Notes under the pieces: generated by a model
What the model saw: the letters and a program-made list of their open reading frames with translations, nothing else
Told to the model about the DNA's origin: nothing
The model's database searches: none
Shown here: piece after piece, positions 40,601 to 56,587 of the stretch
Layout: each line of letters begins with the position of its first letter
How positions within the stretch are numbered: position 1 is the first letter of the stretch
DNA from: Octopus vulgaris
Taxonomy: Eukaryota
Direction of reading: 5' to 3'
Assembly: GCA_951406725.2 (NCBI GenBank)
Contig: OX597814.1
Location: forward strand, 146,816,001-146,880,000
DNA length: 64,000 nucleotides
Position numbers and translations under genes: made by a program

Positions 40601-43189
40601 GAAAGTTCTGTCTTGAATACTAAGATAAAAATTGCGTTGTGTCTGCTTCTTATAGCTTGCAGACTTAGAGACTATGTCAGTCACGTTGTAGGTGATCATT
40701 ATTCTATGTTGTGGTAAACACCGTGATTTTAATGCCTGTGCTATTTGAGGTTCTATTATGATTGTAAGAGTTGTTTAGTTCCTGATCAACCTATTTAAGT
40801 AATACAGATATCATCATGTCACGTTTTTATCTATGTCACTGAATTAAAACCAATAAACGACATAGAAAACAAAAGAATTGATTTTATACTTTAAGGAATG
40901 AAACACGAGATTGTCAAGCGTATAGAACAATTGCCATTCATGATTTTAAAAAAACACAGCGATAAAGTTACATTTTTCTCTATCAACATTGTCATCGGTA
41001 TTATCCTACCATCATGTGCGTTTTACCACGAAACATTACTTCCATTGGAAACTACTTTCCTTTGTTTAGTCTGCTTAAGTTAAGAGGAGCGAAACTTCGA
41101 TTTTATATGATTTTCTCCGTTTTGAGTTATCCTGAGACCACTTGCATATCAGTATTATACACTGATACAAATCTGTTAGATTTTGCATATTTTGAAGTTA
41201 TATTAATATTTTTCCTGTACCGTATTGAATGTATTATACAATGACATGGTAAGATTTGATTTGACAGTCCACTTGTTGTCTTTCACTAACAAGTTAAGTG
41301 TGCGCACCGTCTCATTTCACTGAGACAACGGTAGAACTAAATGTATCCTTAGGGACGTTTATTATATCTACAGTGGAGAAATTCTATCACAAGAATAACT
41401 TGGCAAAATAGTATTCCAGAGTTGGAATAATCCATATCTACGAGTAAGTGATATTAGGAATAAAAGACACTTCAACACATTCATTCAATATATATGCAGT
41501 AAAAATAAATTAAATATGTCGAAAAGGTAGCGAATAGATAACGTTTCAAAACAATTTTAAAAAAAGGATATTTGATATGAGAGGAAATGTATTGTTTTAT
41601 ATATTGGTATTGCAAGCGTCCGGTGAGAGAAGGTGATAAATAGATTATTGTTTGAATTTCACTTGTATCAGTAAAACAAACAGCAGTGATATACTTAGTC
41701 ATGCTACATCAGAGTAGATATTTCAATACCAACTTAAACCCAGTAACACCATTAAAGCTTTAGTGAAATTTATGAATATAAAGCAATCTTCTGTCCACCA
41801 TTTTGACTATATAATAAATCAATATAGGAGTCGAGTAAATTACTTTCCTCTCCAGTGTCTTGTGCTGAGAGGTAATAAATAATAATTTAGTTTCAGAAGT
41901 ATCTAAGTAAGGATTATTGAATATTTCTATACAGTAGAGATATGTTTAATCATACCTATCTATATTAACATTATATTCATTGGTTTACATGTTACTGCTA
42001 CTTAAATATTTATATTAGAATGAGGCATAGGGTGGCACATAGACATATCAACATACAAATATATATGGGTGAATGAATGTGTATGTGGGTGTGGGGGTAG
42101 CTCATTGTACTTGTGTGTTCACATGATTATTTTAACTGCAATGAGCACAGCTCTCCAGATACGAATTTCTAGAGGAAGATAGTCGTTTTATTTACTACAG
42201 TAAAAAGAAAAAAAGGAACCGAGGCTTAAATGTAACACAAGAGTGGTGTATTTGTAAACCTTACCCATCATACAGCAGTATTCTTCTATACTCACCTAGA
42301 ATCCATTTCATTTTATGTTTTCCCACGTTAAATAACTGAAGAAATATTTCTCTATTGCAGAAAGTTAACATTGCTGCTAATACAAACGTCATATTCGTAG
42401 GGAAATGTATGGTTTATGATTTTAATTTTACACAGCGTATAAATAGTATTCATATACAAAAGATGTTTTTAAATATATCAGTATAGATATATTCCTGTTG
42501 AAACTGTAAGCGCTGGTCAAAGTAGCAATGATGTAAATGCCTTCATTAGACACAGTAATTAATTAGGTCCAGCATTAAACGACAATCCTTTCGTGTCCAA
42601 ATGTAAGGACTAGTCGTATCAGCTCTTAAGAGAAATAATGCAATATGATAAACCAAGAGACTACAATATACCGAAACCATTTCGATCATCATTTAAATCA
42701 ATTGTAGCGAATAGGAGTCTTTAATGATTCTGTTATCGCTTCAAAGTGAAAAGTAAATAATGGTAACTATTGCCACATTATGACACTGATTTCCACCCGG
42801 AGAACACAAACTACTAAAATATTTTTCATTCAATGAAACGTGAAATATATTCCCCGCCCATTACATACATTATTGACTTCATACGAATACAAAAATAAAA
42901 CAATCACCATTAACATAGGAAAACAGAGATTGAAAAGTACTAATTTTGCATTTAGCCGATCGGTTGTACAAAACATCCTAAAGGCGATCAGAAACAGGCA
43001 ATGTATATCATACTTAATGCATATTAAATCACAGTAAGTTAAATTTAACAATGATATTCGTCCGTAGATAATATTTGTTATACACTGGCTAGTAGGTACA
43101 CTAACCAAACAAGATTCGTATGTAGCATGGCATCATCATTGTTAGAATATTTTCGACTGCTACCGATATGTTTTTGTTTTATTTAAGAC

Positions 43190-43430
43190 AGTTCTTACAT
43201 AAATAATATTATCTCCAGAAGAATACCGCAGCTAATTTGGCTTTTTATGATGTATTTGCATTTATTGATGTGCTCTCTCAACGAGATTCCAAGCTTTAAC
43301 CTCTCCATGGCTCTTTGAGCCGTTACCAATCTTTGTTATTCTCTCTTTGTTGTAGCCCATGTTTCACTACCATATAACATTGCAGGTAGAACTGTGCTAT
43401 TGATGAGGTTGGCGCGGGTGGTCCTGTTTA
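43190..43430 (-). mobile_element. RTE-clade LINE fragment (RT C-terminus)
   Basis: rc translation NRTTRANLINSTVLPAMLYGSETWATTKRE*QRLVTAQRAMERLKLGISLREHI. Confidence 0.8.
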
Positions 43431-44525
43431 ACCAGCGATGTCAAATGGACGCCCGACGGACTGGTCGGCCAAGGTGAGGTGATTTGCGTTTACTATGTTA
43501 CCCAGGCTTTTAACTTAATACCGTACTTCTCTTGCGAATAAGGTGTGTATGTATACACACATATGTACACACACACACGCAGACACACATATATATATAT
43601 AGAGAGAGAGAAAGGGAGAGACAGACAAACATATAGAGAAATAATGAGAGACAGAGGGGGATGAAAATAGAAAGAGAGAGAGAGTAACATATACATCCAT
43701 GCTTATGATTTTCATATATGGCTGTCATGTGACAGTATGTGAGGGTTGTGTCTCCTTCCTCCGCATTAATGTCATTTGAAAACCCATCGCTCCACCAGAT
43801 CTGTGGAAATATTTCTGTTTGCATTAGATTTCATCTGCCTCAATTATTTGAGAAGATCGTTATTCTATAAACTTCTGAGAATACGACTTGTCTGACTAAA
43901 ATGTTAGATATAATCACTCACATCAGACACTTTTTTTTATTGAACACCATTGATCATTACAACAACAGACATCATCTCAGTTGGCAAATGTTGATAAAAG
44001 TCAACTTAATGTGATTTGAATTTCATATGAGGTTCGCTTGTTGGTAGTTTCTATTCCATTCTTCACCTAATTTTATTTAATTCCAGATATTTTGACGGGT
44101 ACTTAGGTCTGATGATTTTATGCGTTATATGCTATTGTTATTTTCTTCATCCTGTTGTTATATATTAACAGGATGTAGTCTGTCTTCGTTAGTATGCATA
44201 TTGCGGGAGCTGTCCTGGCGAATTATGTTGTTTATATTATAAAGTATACCAACAAATATTTGCCTCATCTCATGTACTGGTACATTTATTCATGAATAAA
44301 TATTATATTATATTTATATGTATTTTACCGAACATTATCTCTATAAACATGATGTCAGTGAAATGTAAAGTAGTTTTGCTTTGCATTTATTTTCATATAA
44401 TTTCTATCTAGATCATTCTTTGTCTATACACCTCTGTCTACTCCAATGAATTTGTATTTTTCTAAATCGTTACCAGGCACTCCCATTGTGCAATTCGAAA
44501 TATTTCTGTCTGAATCACACATTGC

Positions 44526-45660
<1,135 letters not shown>

Positions 45661-46384
45661 GAGGGTATTTGTGTAATTCATACCCATACAAGAAATTTAC
45701 TGAGAGTAACATAAAAGTGTATCATATAATTATATGTGCTAACACAATAAGAAAAAAAAATATTACTTCTAGAGTCGACATATCTGTCAATATATTGCCC
45801 TTTATCTGACTTGATGTGCAAATACTTGCATACATACACACCGTACATGTGCACATGTCCCCCACTATCCCCGCGTACACACGCACACACACACACATAT
45901 CAAATATGCAAAATCTCGGTAATATAAACATAACTTTTATTTATTCTATATATTCAGCTGCAAGGGGGGAAACATATGCATATTGATATTGATTATTAAT
46001 GAAAGTTAACTTATTCCTGCCAGCATTTGTTTTAATGTGATTGCTATGATTATTGTAATTATTTTGCTTTGGACGTTGTTGATATCAATGCGTCACTTCG
46101 TTTATATTGTTCCTTTGTTGCGCAAGTACATCGAGGAAATTACAGAAACAGCGTATGTTTGAAGGAATTCTGAATAAATTTGCATGATTACTTTCAGTAA
46201 TCATATATGCTTATCTGGATGTGCAAAGAGAACACACCTATGTACATTCTACTAGATGATCCATAAATAGCTGTTGAATCTTATCGAATGATTGGGTTTT
46301 CCTTTCTTAGGAGTGAGCCTTATGTGTTAGCCAATGCGTTTCTTTTCACAGTGATGCAAATGTATATCTGTTGAATTTAGAATA

Positions 46385-47160
46385 TGCGTAGGGGTACCCA
46401 AAACAATTCGCCTTCAAAGTATTTTCCATTTGAAGATATTCATCGGTTCAAGCACGTTTTCCACTATTTGAAGCAGTGCTGGAGCTCTTGCGAAGTGATG
46501 CCTTTTAACGCCTCAGTCATATTTTTCCAACTCTTCCACATTTGCCAATTCCATGGCATCAGCTTTCGTCACCGGTGATGAGCTTTGAAAAAAAAAAAAT
46601 GTCCGGGTCAGCTTCCAACTGTTCCTTCGGTTCACAACACGCATTCAGTCGTGACTGGCTTTGATATTTCGTGAGCAAGGGAGCTACAAATTTTGCTGCA
46701 ACTATTTTCATTCTCCACTCCTCGATCAAAGTTCGTTGCCAAGAGCTCCAGGTCACTCCAGTCATATCAACAAGTTTGTTATTTGTTCGGTGAAAGTCTT
46801 CCAAGTTCAGTTCATAAATTTGCATGATGTTTTCATTCTTTTGAGAGGTTGACGTTTGTCCTGAACATGGTTGGTCTTCAAGCGACAAATGATCATACCT
46901 AAAGCGGGGACACCACGTGTAAATATGCGATTTGCTCACCAGAGCGTCCTTGTAAGCTGTTTAAAGCATGACAACTGTTTCGGCCGCGGTTTTCCCCAGC
47001 AGAAAACAGGATTTCACGAAGGCACGCTGTTCCTTTGTTTCAGCCGCCGCATAATGTCAACGAACAGAGGAGAAGCACAGCAAAACAAAGACGCACCACG
47101 TGACAGTACGACGCCCGATTAATATTCAGCGAAAGGGTGAAATAGTTTTGTTTTGGAAAG
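46385..47160 (-). mobile_element. Internally deleted mariner transposon
   Basis: rc: CFLLGKTAAETVVML..SKSHIYTW..LEDQPCSG.TSTS (HTH region), AAKFVAPLLT, KLITGDES, then a direct jump to the C-terminus CF..W...NR..SSNGKYFEG. Confidence 0.88.
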
Positions 47161-47265
47161 CCGAATGTCGAAGCCATAAATAATAGCGAGGAAATATCTG
47201 ATTAAAAACCTTTTGGACAGAGAAGACTGAGGGCTGTTAAACACACACACACACACGCACACACG

Positions 47266-47315
<50 letters not shown>

Positions 47316-48020
47316 CACACACACATAAACACACACATACTCTCAAAAAAAGATTTTTTAATTTAATTTTTGTCAGTTTTTTGGCAAATAATATATCTCC
47401 TTACGTAGATAAATGTTTCATCAAATTAGAATTGTTATTGATGGATTTAATGGTATTCTGAATTCCAGTTGAAGATGGTATCAAATAAGTAAACAAAATA
47501 TTATTACGAAGATTTGCCTCTCCGTGTCCGCTGTTAAAGCGCATTTTCCTGGTCATTACTAAACTAAACACACATGTGAACTTGCGTACACAGACTCACT
47601 CACAACATTCACACATGTTTAAGTACATATACGCACATATATGCACATGTGTTCGCGCATGTGCTGAGTTTTCTCTCCATAAGAAGAGCGCTTGTTCCAG
47701 CTATCCCTTAGTCATTTTAATATATTTATTGTTACTTCATATCGACATGCAATCTCTCTTCTTTTCCTGATTATACCCACATTTAAGATGTGATCCACTG
47801 CTTATAACATAGACTTATGTCGAACTTGTTTCTTCTGAGTGAGTATTATATCGGTGTCGTATTTTGCTCAGGTTATGGGTTGTTATTACTATATTATTTC
47901 TTCTTGCTTATATATCACGTGGATTCTACCTCCCTGCTTGCACTAATATATGCAAGTGATAATTGATTTTGTGTGAAAGTGCATGTATCATATATATCTA
48001 TCTATATATGTATTTCTCTC

Positions 48021-48104
<84 letters not shown>

Positions 48105-48680
48105 CACGTATATATGCATGCATACATACATACGTATATAGCCACATAGAGGTATACATCTATCCGTATCTCTATCTCTGTATATCTATTTCTGCTAATG
48201 TTTTGTTTTCTTTTGTATTATGTCATCTCAAAAACAATTTTACTTTAATCCCATGGGTTTCTCTTTTGTAGAGTATAAATTCCTCATCCTTAACTTCAGG
48301 ATTAGAAACAGCTTCAGGACATTCAGCATAGGTATATTGACAGTGGCTTCGATTTTCTGGCCATTTAAGTGATCGCGAGAGTATTGGTTATATATTTATT
48401 TCCATAACCTCGCATTTAATATTCTTCCATTTTCGGCTTAGTTAATTCACACATAACATATATATGCAAATATACAAAAAATAATTTTCGCGTGTAGGTT
48501 TAAAACAATGATTATATACGGTAACGAAAGATGACAATCATAACCTTTATTTACTTGTGTAGTTCTTTTGCACACAAGTATTTGCAAATATGAAAAGATT
48601 TGTTAAGTGAAGTTACTGTTTCCTGTTATAGGGTTGAGATTTTGTTCATAATTGATAGCATTATGTTTATAAGCATTACA

Positions 48681-48713
<33 letters not shown>

Positions 48714-48926
48714 CATACATGTACACTGCAACATAATTTCTTTTCCTCAAGACCCTGCCCTATTTAACAAGAGGAGATCAACTTCAAACAGAGTCTGGAT
48801 AGATTCCAAAGAATACCAGATAAGCCACGTGAACTCACTACTTGAACAAAACTTGACTTAAACAGGATTCGAATAATCCTATCAGGTGGTGCTATTAAGT
48901 TAGACATGGCCTGGACCAAATATAGA

Positions 48927-48992
<66 letters not shown>

Positions 48993-49473
48993 AAGAAAAT
49001 TACACAGAGTTTACTTAGTTTTAATATAATTTTAGTATCTTTTATACGTGAAAGAGTATTGTGTTCCAGTTTCGCTTTCGCTAATCATGACATTGACATT
49101 ATTGTATTTTTCGTATTTCCTTACGTAGATTTTAGTCCATGTTGCATGTAGGGGTTTGTGAATTAAATGAATCAATACTTAGAAAAATCTAAGGAGAGGT
49201 AATTGCTATTCATTATTATTTTGGACAGGGGAGGCAATGAGTGTATATGCCATATTTCTGATGGTTGCAAAAAGAAATACCACGTTCTTACATATCACAT
49301 CCAGGATTGTAAAAATGTATATCCAATAAATTAACACAGCTGCATTCGGTCACTATATAAGCAATCTGTTCGGTCTGTTCGAAGTCGAGAATGTGTTAGA
49401 TGAGTACTGATGAAAGCGCCAAAACGCCCGAAAATGGCATAAAGAACTGGTCCGAAAAGTTTCGATACCGCCT

Positions 49474-49523
<50 letters not shown>

Positions 49524-50117
49524 ATCGAACAGACTGAAACATGTTCTAGCATATAGCTGGTCACAATGCGCTCCAAATCTGTCTTGTTTGCGCCATATAT
49601 ACATATTGACGGAAAATAACACAGGTTTTGTTTTCATGCAATTTCAGTGTAATACTAATAAATATGACGCTATCGCATTGAATCAATGTATTCGTGTAAG
49701 TATAGTATTATGAGCTTTGAACGAGAGCAATAAAAACAAAATATTAGGTAGCTATGGAATATTATTCGAACGCCATTAATAATTCATCATTTCAACAACG
49801 TTTATTGTAGTTATATGATGTAAGATTAAGTACAACTTTTCGATCACTCAAACTTCCAGGTTTGTCTAGTCAGAGTACTTGATGCAAGAACCTACCATTA
49901 TTACACACGATTCATAATCCATCCAACTACAGGAATGTTATGTTTTCAGTTTCATTACATAAATGTCGGTGAAGATGTAAAAATATAAACTATGTAGTTG
50001 TAAAATATCTAAACGCCAATATACACATGCACCAATAGTCCTATATATTGCCCCTCGTCCAGAACAATGAACAACACAAGAGATGTACTAAATTATGTGT
50101 GTGTATGTATATACATA

Positions 50118-50319
50118 TGTGTGTGTGTGCGTGTATGTTTGTGTGTGGCTGTGTGTGAAATTATATATAAATGTGTATTTATACATATGGATATATACAT
50201 ACATCATATATATATATATGTATATATGTATATATATATGTGTGTGTGCGTGTATGTTTGTGTGTGGTTGTATGTGAATATATATAAATGTGTATTTATA
50301 AATATGAATATATACATAC

Positions 50320-50335
<16 letters not shown>
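50118..50335. repeat. About 120-bp tandem duplication of microsatellite-derived sequence
   Basis: GTGTGCGTGTATGTTTGTGTGTGG...ATATATAAATGTGTATTTATA.ATATG.ATATATACATACAT occurs twice. Confidence 0.75.
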
Positions 50336-50387
<52 letters not shown>

Positions 50388-51426
50388 ATATGTGTGTGTA
50401 TGTATGTATACATATACGTTTGTGTGTGTTTGTGTGTGTGCATGTGTACACATAAACACTAGATTAGTATACTCCACATTACGTAAGGACTAGAATATTG
50501 AAAATGTTAAAAAAGAAAAAGTTAAACATTTTTTTGATTTATCACCGTATTTGCTTGAAACCTAAATTCAATATAACCATATAAACATAGACTCCGGCAA
50601 ACAAATAGTCAGATCAATGAGATCATCTTGAAAACCATACAATGATAAATATCAGTTGCGAAAAGAGTATAATTAGAATTGTCTAAATCGAAATGTGGAA
50701 GGACAACTAAATGTGATAATAATAAGAGAATCTGGGAATGAAAAATCAGTATTTTATAGATGGTAGCAATTTCATTCGACGATAAAGCGTAGAATTATAA
50801 TAGGATGCTAGGTAAAAAATTTCATGGTATAGAAAAAATTCAGAAAACAAAAGTAATTTGGGAATAATATTAACAATCACATATATACGTTCATAATGCA
50901 CTTATATACTAAAACAAATGCATATGTATAGAGAATAATGTTTTATCATATATATAATAAGGAAAACAATATAAAGGTAATGCGATATAAAAATGGTTTT
51001 GAAGCATGAAATGCATGAAGCAAAATTTAGGCTCAACTTAAATATATGCATTATATAAATAACAATTTGTAGGAAGTTTTCCAATATAATAATAACAATC
51101 GCAGCAAACAATACAGATATTGTAAAAGAGCCAAAAATTTGCGAATATTAAAATTAATGGAAACTGTGGAATCAATAATACATAAAGTATGATTGTCTTC
51201 ATTCGTTTTATAGAATATGATTATAAAATAAAATTAAGATATAGGTGATTTATTGATGGTAATCGTATATAACGAAATAACAGGAAATTGTCGTCCTTGG
51301 ACATAAAAAGAGTGTTACATTACTAAGGGAGGAATTTCAACTAGGCATAATTTGCTCCTCTTGCATATTATGGTAAATCTGCATTGTCTCAGACACACAA
51401 ACAAACATACATACATACATATATAC

Positions 51427-51510
<84 letters not shown>

Positions 51511-51600
51511 ATGTATACTTATGTATATACATATACGCACAAACATATCTAATAATTGCTGTCTGTCTGTATGTATCTATACAAACACACATATATATAT

Positions 51601-51637
<37 letters not shown>

Positions 51638-52659
51638 ATAAATGTCTCATTTATAACTACATATTGACCTACCATAAAAGGCTAATATGAGTAAAATGAG
51701 ACATACTTATCTACATGGCCGAAACAGCTGTAAGATGTCATCTATATTTATATTTAAATTTACTTATATTTATATTATCTTATATAAATTCTACTTATTG
51801 TATAACATTACTCTTCTATGTACACTTTTTATGTATACTCCTTTATGTACACTGTTTTGCTCTACTTTTTTATGTTTAACCCTATAGTTTCTTATGTGGT
51901 GGTTTAATAAAGTATGTGATTGAGTATTATCTGGTAATTGATATTTGATTTAGATGTATTTTTCCTTTTTCTTATTTTGTATTATGAATTTGTGGTAAAA
52001 CATTTTACCTTTGCCCATATGATACAGTAGATGAATTGATTGCATCGCAATCCTTAACATTTATGTTGGGTAGTTCACTAGCAGTATATTGGATATATGT
52101 TATCCCATGGAGGGTTGCATTTACAACCCCTTTCTCAAGTTGTATATATATATATATATACTAGAAATATATATATATATGTTAATAATACCTGTAAAGA
52201 GGTGCTTTTTCCATATATATATCAGCAACTCTACTTCGCTTAAAATATATATAGTATTTGCAAATTTGTGTCGCTTAAGAAATAGATAGTATATGGGAGT
52301 GGAAAGGTGTTTTGTCATTAGCCAATGGTTTTCTCACACTGGGGACGGGTGACATCCAGAAACCTAGGCCTGTTACGTTCACGTAAGGCTAGAAATGTAA
52401 GCGATGATCTCCATTGAAAACGCTATACAGACACACTGTTTGTCGATAGTCAGTAGGAAAATATATTTTCCTCTGGCTAAAAAACAGTACCATCGTTACA
52501 TTATAGGACTGCCACATTCTGTTGGTATATAAACATTACTATCCAGTACTGTTAGTGTATATCTCTCGCTCTGGAATTTAAAACAAGTTCTTTCTCTCTG
52601 TCTCTCCCATATATATATATATCCCTTCAATTATCGTGTCGTATATAAGTGTGTATATA

Positions 52660-52709
52660 TAGTACTCTGCTCTCAGATATGCGTGTGTATATCTGAGAGT
52701 AGAGTACTA
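52660..52709. repeat. 50-nt hairpin
   Basis: TAGTACTCTGCTCTCAGATAT-GCGTGTGT-ATATCTGAGAGTAGAGTACTA; 21-bp arms with one G-T pair. Confidence 0.85.
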
Positions 52710-54029
52710 GAGTATGTGTTTCTTTTGTTGAAATGTATTTGCCTTTCTCTTTCGCTCTATTTTATTTTTAGGGACTTTAGCTCTAAGTTGAAATAACTTA
52801 TTTGACTGACATGAATTTTCATACAAGTATTTTTGCCGATAATCTATTCCAGTTTATTTCTGCATCTGGCGCCTCTGAGGATCAAAAACATTATTTTAAT
52901 ATTATACCGACTCAGAAAATATTTCCACTATCCATGCACCTGAAAATTTACATGTCCAAGAAAGCACAGATATGTATTTGTCCCTTTGAATTAAAAAAAT
53001 ACACCTCTATATATTCCTATATGTTGCATTCCTATGCTACTTAAATTCTCAGTGCGTGCAGTAATCTTGTGCGCTTTTATAGGGCACAGAGTAAAAATGG
53101 TAATGTCTCTCGCTCACATGCCATGGCTTCTCCATGAGCAAATAATAAGAGAGTGAAATGAGAAACGTTAATAAATATTTTAAGGGAAAACGTAAGTTTA
53201 TGCCACTTTTACTCGATTAAATGAGTGTTCATGTTGGCACTAGACACCCCAACAAGCTGAACTATTTGGCATATCGGTTGGTTAAAAGTGCTGACATATA
53301 TGTGATCTACTAGGTCATTGTACATATGATTTTTTAAAGCCAAGTTCCAATTACCTGATCCAGATGAGGGGTTAGGCATACCCCACGATTGTGAAGGTCA
53401 TATCGTAGATAAATTTAGAAGGGCAAATGTATTTGTCAGGATGACAATTTCTTACGTTCATTTCTTCTGGCACATATTCACGGGTACCCGTGTATTTGAG
53501 GAATATGTTAACTGTATATTATGTTCTTGCCACAAACTCAACAAGTCTGATATGATGGAAAAGATCATACTCTCTCAGAATACTAGTAATTTCTCAATAC
53601 AATCTTCTATTAGCGTCTGATATGTCTTAGTTAAGCTCATGTTAATTAAAAATTACGTAAAACGATTTAATGCATGCAATTCAGTAAGGTTTAATTAGAT
53701 CCTCATCTTATAAATTTACTGTCCGCTACTATATTGTCGTCGCATAATCATTTCAGTTTGTAGAGAAAGCCTTTCAATTAGGTTCTACTATCTTCATGTG
53801 GCGCCATTGAACCACCGAAAGTTCTTATTCTCAATAATATTAGATTAATTTAAAACAAATGAGATTATCGAAACACAAATCCTTGTGATTATCAAGCGAT
53901 ATAAATAACCCTCAAATAAGTTAGTTCTAGAAGTAACGCACGAACACACAGTCACACACACATACACAAACACGCAAACACGCTTACACTCCCCCATATA
54001 TATACATATGTGTGTGTATGCAAATTCAA

Positions 54030-54940
54030 GGAAACGGATAAAATGCAGACTACATATATTTCTTAACTAGCTGATCTTCTGACGTAATAGTTACTCAACG
54101 AATGGTGATCAACGTAGTTAATCATTAGGTCGAGATGAGTACACCCCACTCTAAAATGTGAATTTAAATGACATGTTTTGTCATGCAAACTTTATCATGT
54201 GAAGGTAGTACAAAAAGTGGTCAAAAGGCTTGAGGAAAAACAGAGCTTCGCATTGACCATGACCGAGGCTTACGCAATGTTGCAGAAAGCGTATGGGGAA
54301 GAGTGTATGAACCGCCAAAAAGTGTAAGAGTGGTTTAGACATTTGCAAGATGGCCGAAATAAGTCAATATTGACGAACATTCTGGGAAAACCGCAACCAG
54401 TTGAACTGAGAAAAATATCGGAGACACTTTTTGTGTTTTACCGTGTATTAATTTTGTTTTCCATTAATAAAATTAATCTAGATTTACAGTCCACTCAATA
54501 CAAATTTGTTGAGTGGACTATGTACCTAAAATGATGTCAGATGTAGTACATTATAATAATTCCTTGATATTAATATGTGGGTACCGGTGGATAAACACGT
54601 CATAATATATTCTTAGAGCTGTAACAGCACTCTATAAATTGTATGTATATTCAACAAATCCACCCATCCAAATTCAAACTCACAAATAATTTCTAACAGG
54701 TATTTTGTTTAAAAATAATAATCCATCCATCCATCCATCCATCCATCCATTCCATCCAGCCAGACAGACAGCCAGCCAGCCAGACAGCCAGCCAGCTGAT
54801 CATCTGACGTAATAGTTACTCAACGAATGGTGCTCATCTTAGTTAATCATTAGGCCGAGATGAGTACACCCCATTCAATAACTATTGAATCAGAGGATCA
54901 GCTAGCTAATAAACAAATGTAGCCTGCATTTTACTCGTTC
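54030..54940. mobile_element. Palindromic MITE-like element split by a duplicated segment
   Basis: 54030-54100 is inverted relative to 54872-54940. The core 54070-54149 is repeated directly at 54795-54873. Confidence 0.6.
54150..54670 (+). repeat. Deleted paralogue of 57160-58015 (includes a mariner fragment)
   Basis: Colinear and highly similar, lacking roughly 57280-57308 and 57469-57774. Confidence 0.9.
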
Positions 54941-55193
54941 CACTCCCACTGTTTGGAATTTTATTAGCATTTTTAGCAACCCTAGTTAATAACCGTGAGC
55001 TGTAAACAACTATCAGATTATTGAATTTCCTCGTAACTTCGATATGGAAAAAAGTATGTAAAGTTCCTAGGCAATAAATGTTTATTATTCCTCATCGTAC
55101 ACTGTTCAATTTTCTGTTCTCTATTACTGCTATGAAGTGTTTGAAGTTTTCAAACTTTCTAGATACATATATATGTATATGTATGTATGTCTG

Positions 55194-55277
<84 letters not shown>

Positions 55278-55282
55278 CTATA

Positions 55283-55319
<37 letters not shown>

Positions 55320-55363
55320 GTCTGTCTATCTATCTACCTATCTATATATATATATATATATAT

Positions 55364-55429
<66 letters not shown>

Positions 55430-55534
55430 GTATATCTGTCTATCTATCTGTATATCTACCTATCTATCTACTTATCTATCTATATATCTATCTCTATACA
55501 TATATGTATATACATCTGTACATACATATAAAAC

Positions 55535-55592
55535 TGGTGCTCCAGCATGGCCACAGTCACATGACTGAAACAAATAAAAGAGTATAAAAGAG

Positions 55593-55593
<1 letters not shown>
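55535..55593 (+). mobile_element. Family-A SINE 3' tail only
   Basis: GGTGCTCCAGCATGGCCACAGTCACATGACTGAAACAAATAAAAGAGTATAAAAGAG followed by (TA)n. Confidence 0.8.
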
Positions 55594-55625
<32 letters not shown>

Positions 55626-56522
55626 ACATACGCGTGCGTTTGTATGTATAGGTGGTGGGTGCATGTGTTTTGGTGGTAGGTGCGTTTGTGTATTTCACAA
55701 ATTATATATACATTAAAACCATATATATTGTTACTGTTATGTAATATCTTCACCCCCAGTATTGTTTACTTTTCGTTGGAAAAAGTTGATTCTTAATGTT
55801 TTACAAAGAATAACTTATAAATTATTGCCAATAATGTAAAAGCTATATCCTGAAGTACGTTCATTAAACAGATTATAATCCTTCAAAGGCATATTCAGTT
55901 TATAATCAGAATCACATACTGAGAATCAAAGTAAATTTTATGCTTAACGTTAAGTTTCCAGGGTGAGGGTGTATGTCAACAGAATATCTTTTTGGGACTA
56001 AAGTTACAGAAAAGGGAATAAATGACAACAAAAAGGAGCAAATGATAGTTTTATTTCGTTCGGCACAAAACTTTAAACTTGAATGTTTAAATCATATGAA
56101 ATATTAAAATGAATCGTCTAGAAAATTTTTCAATATAAATCGTTACATGGTTAGCACACTTTTGTCGTTTCAGCAATATAAACTTTCTATATTTTTTTTA
56201 TATCGATATATATTATATATTATATATACTCTGCGTGATATACATTTAAGTAATATTCACTCTATTGTCACGTCTGGAGAGTTATTGTTATATGATTTGA
56301 GAGTGCGTTATTGTAAAGAAAGTAATATTTTCAGGAGTAAAGATGAAAATATATTTCTTACCAATAGTATATCTATTGTGTTCAAAATAATGAATTTACA
56401 CAGGTTTACTGCCATTTATATTCAACAAATTGACATCAACTGTATTCCTCAATTCTCGGGTACAGCCGGGAATTTTTCTAATAATACAATGCTGCATTCA
56501 TATGAATTTACACCCACAAACA

Positions 56523-56587
<65 letters not shown>

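Noticed and set aside
43357-43480. GC-rich block with AG...AAG/GTGAGG, resembling a host exon on the + strand
   Set aside because: The reverse strand translates to an RTE RT motif (LYGSETW), which explains most of the block.
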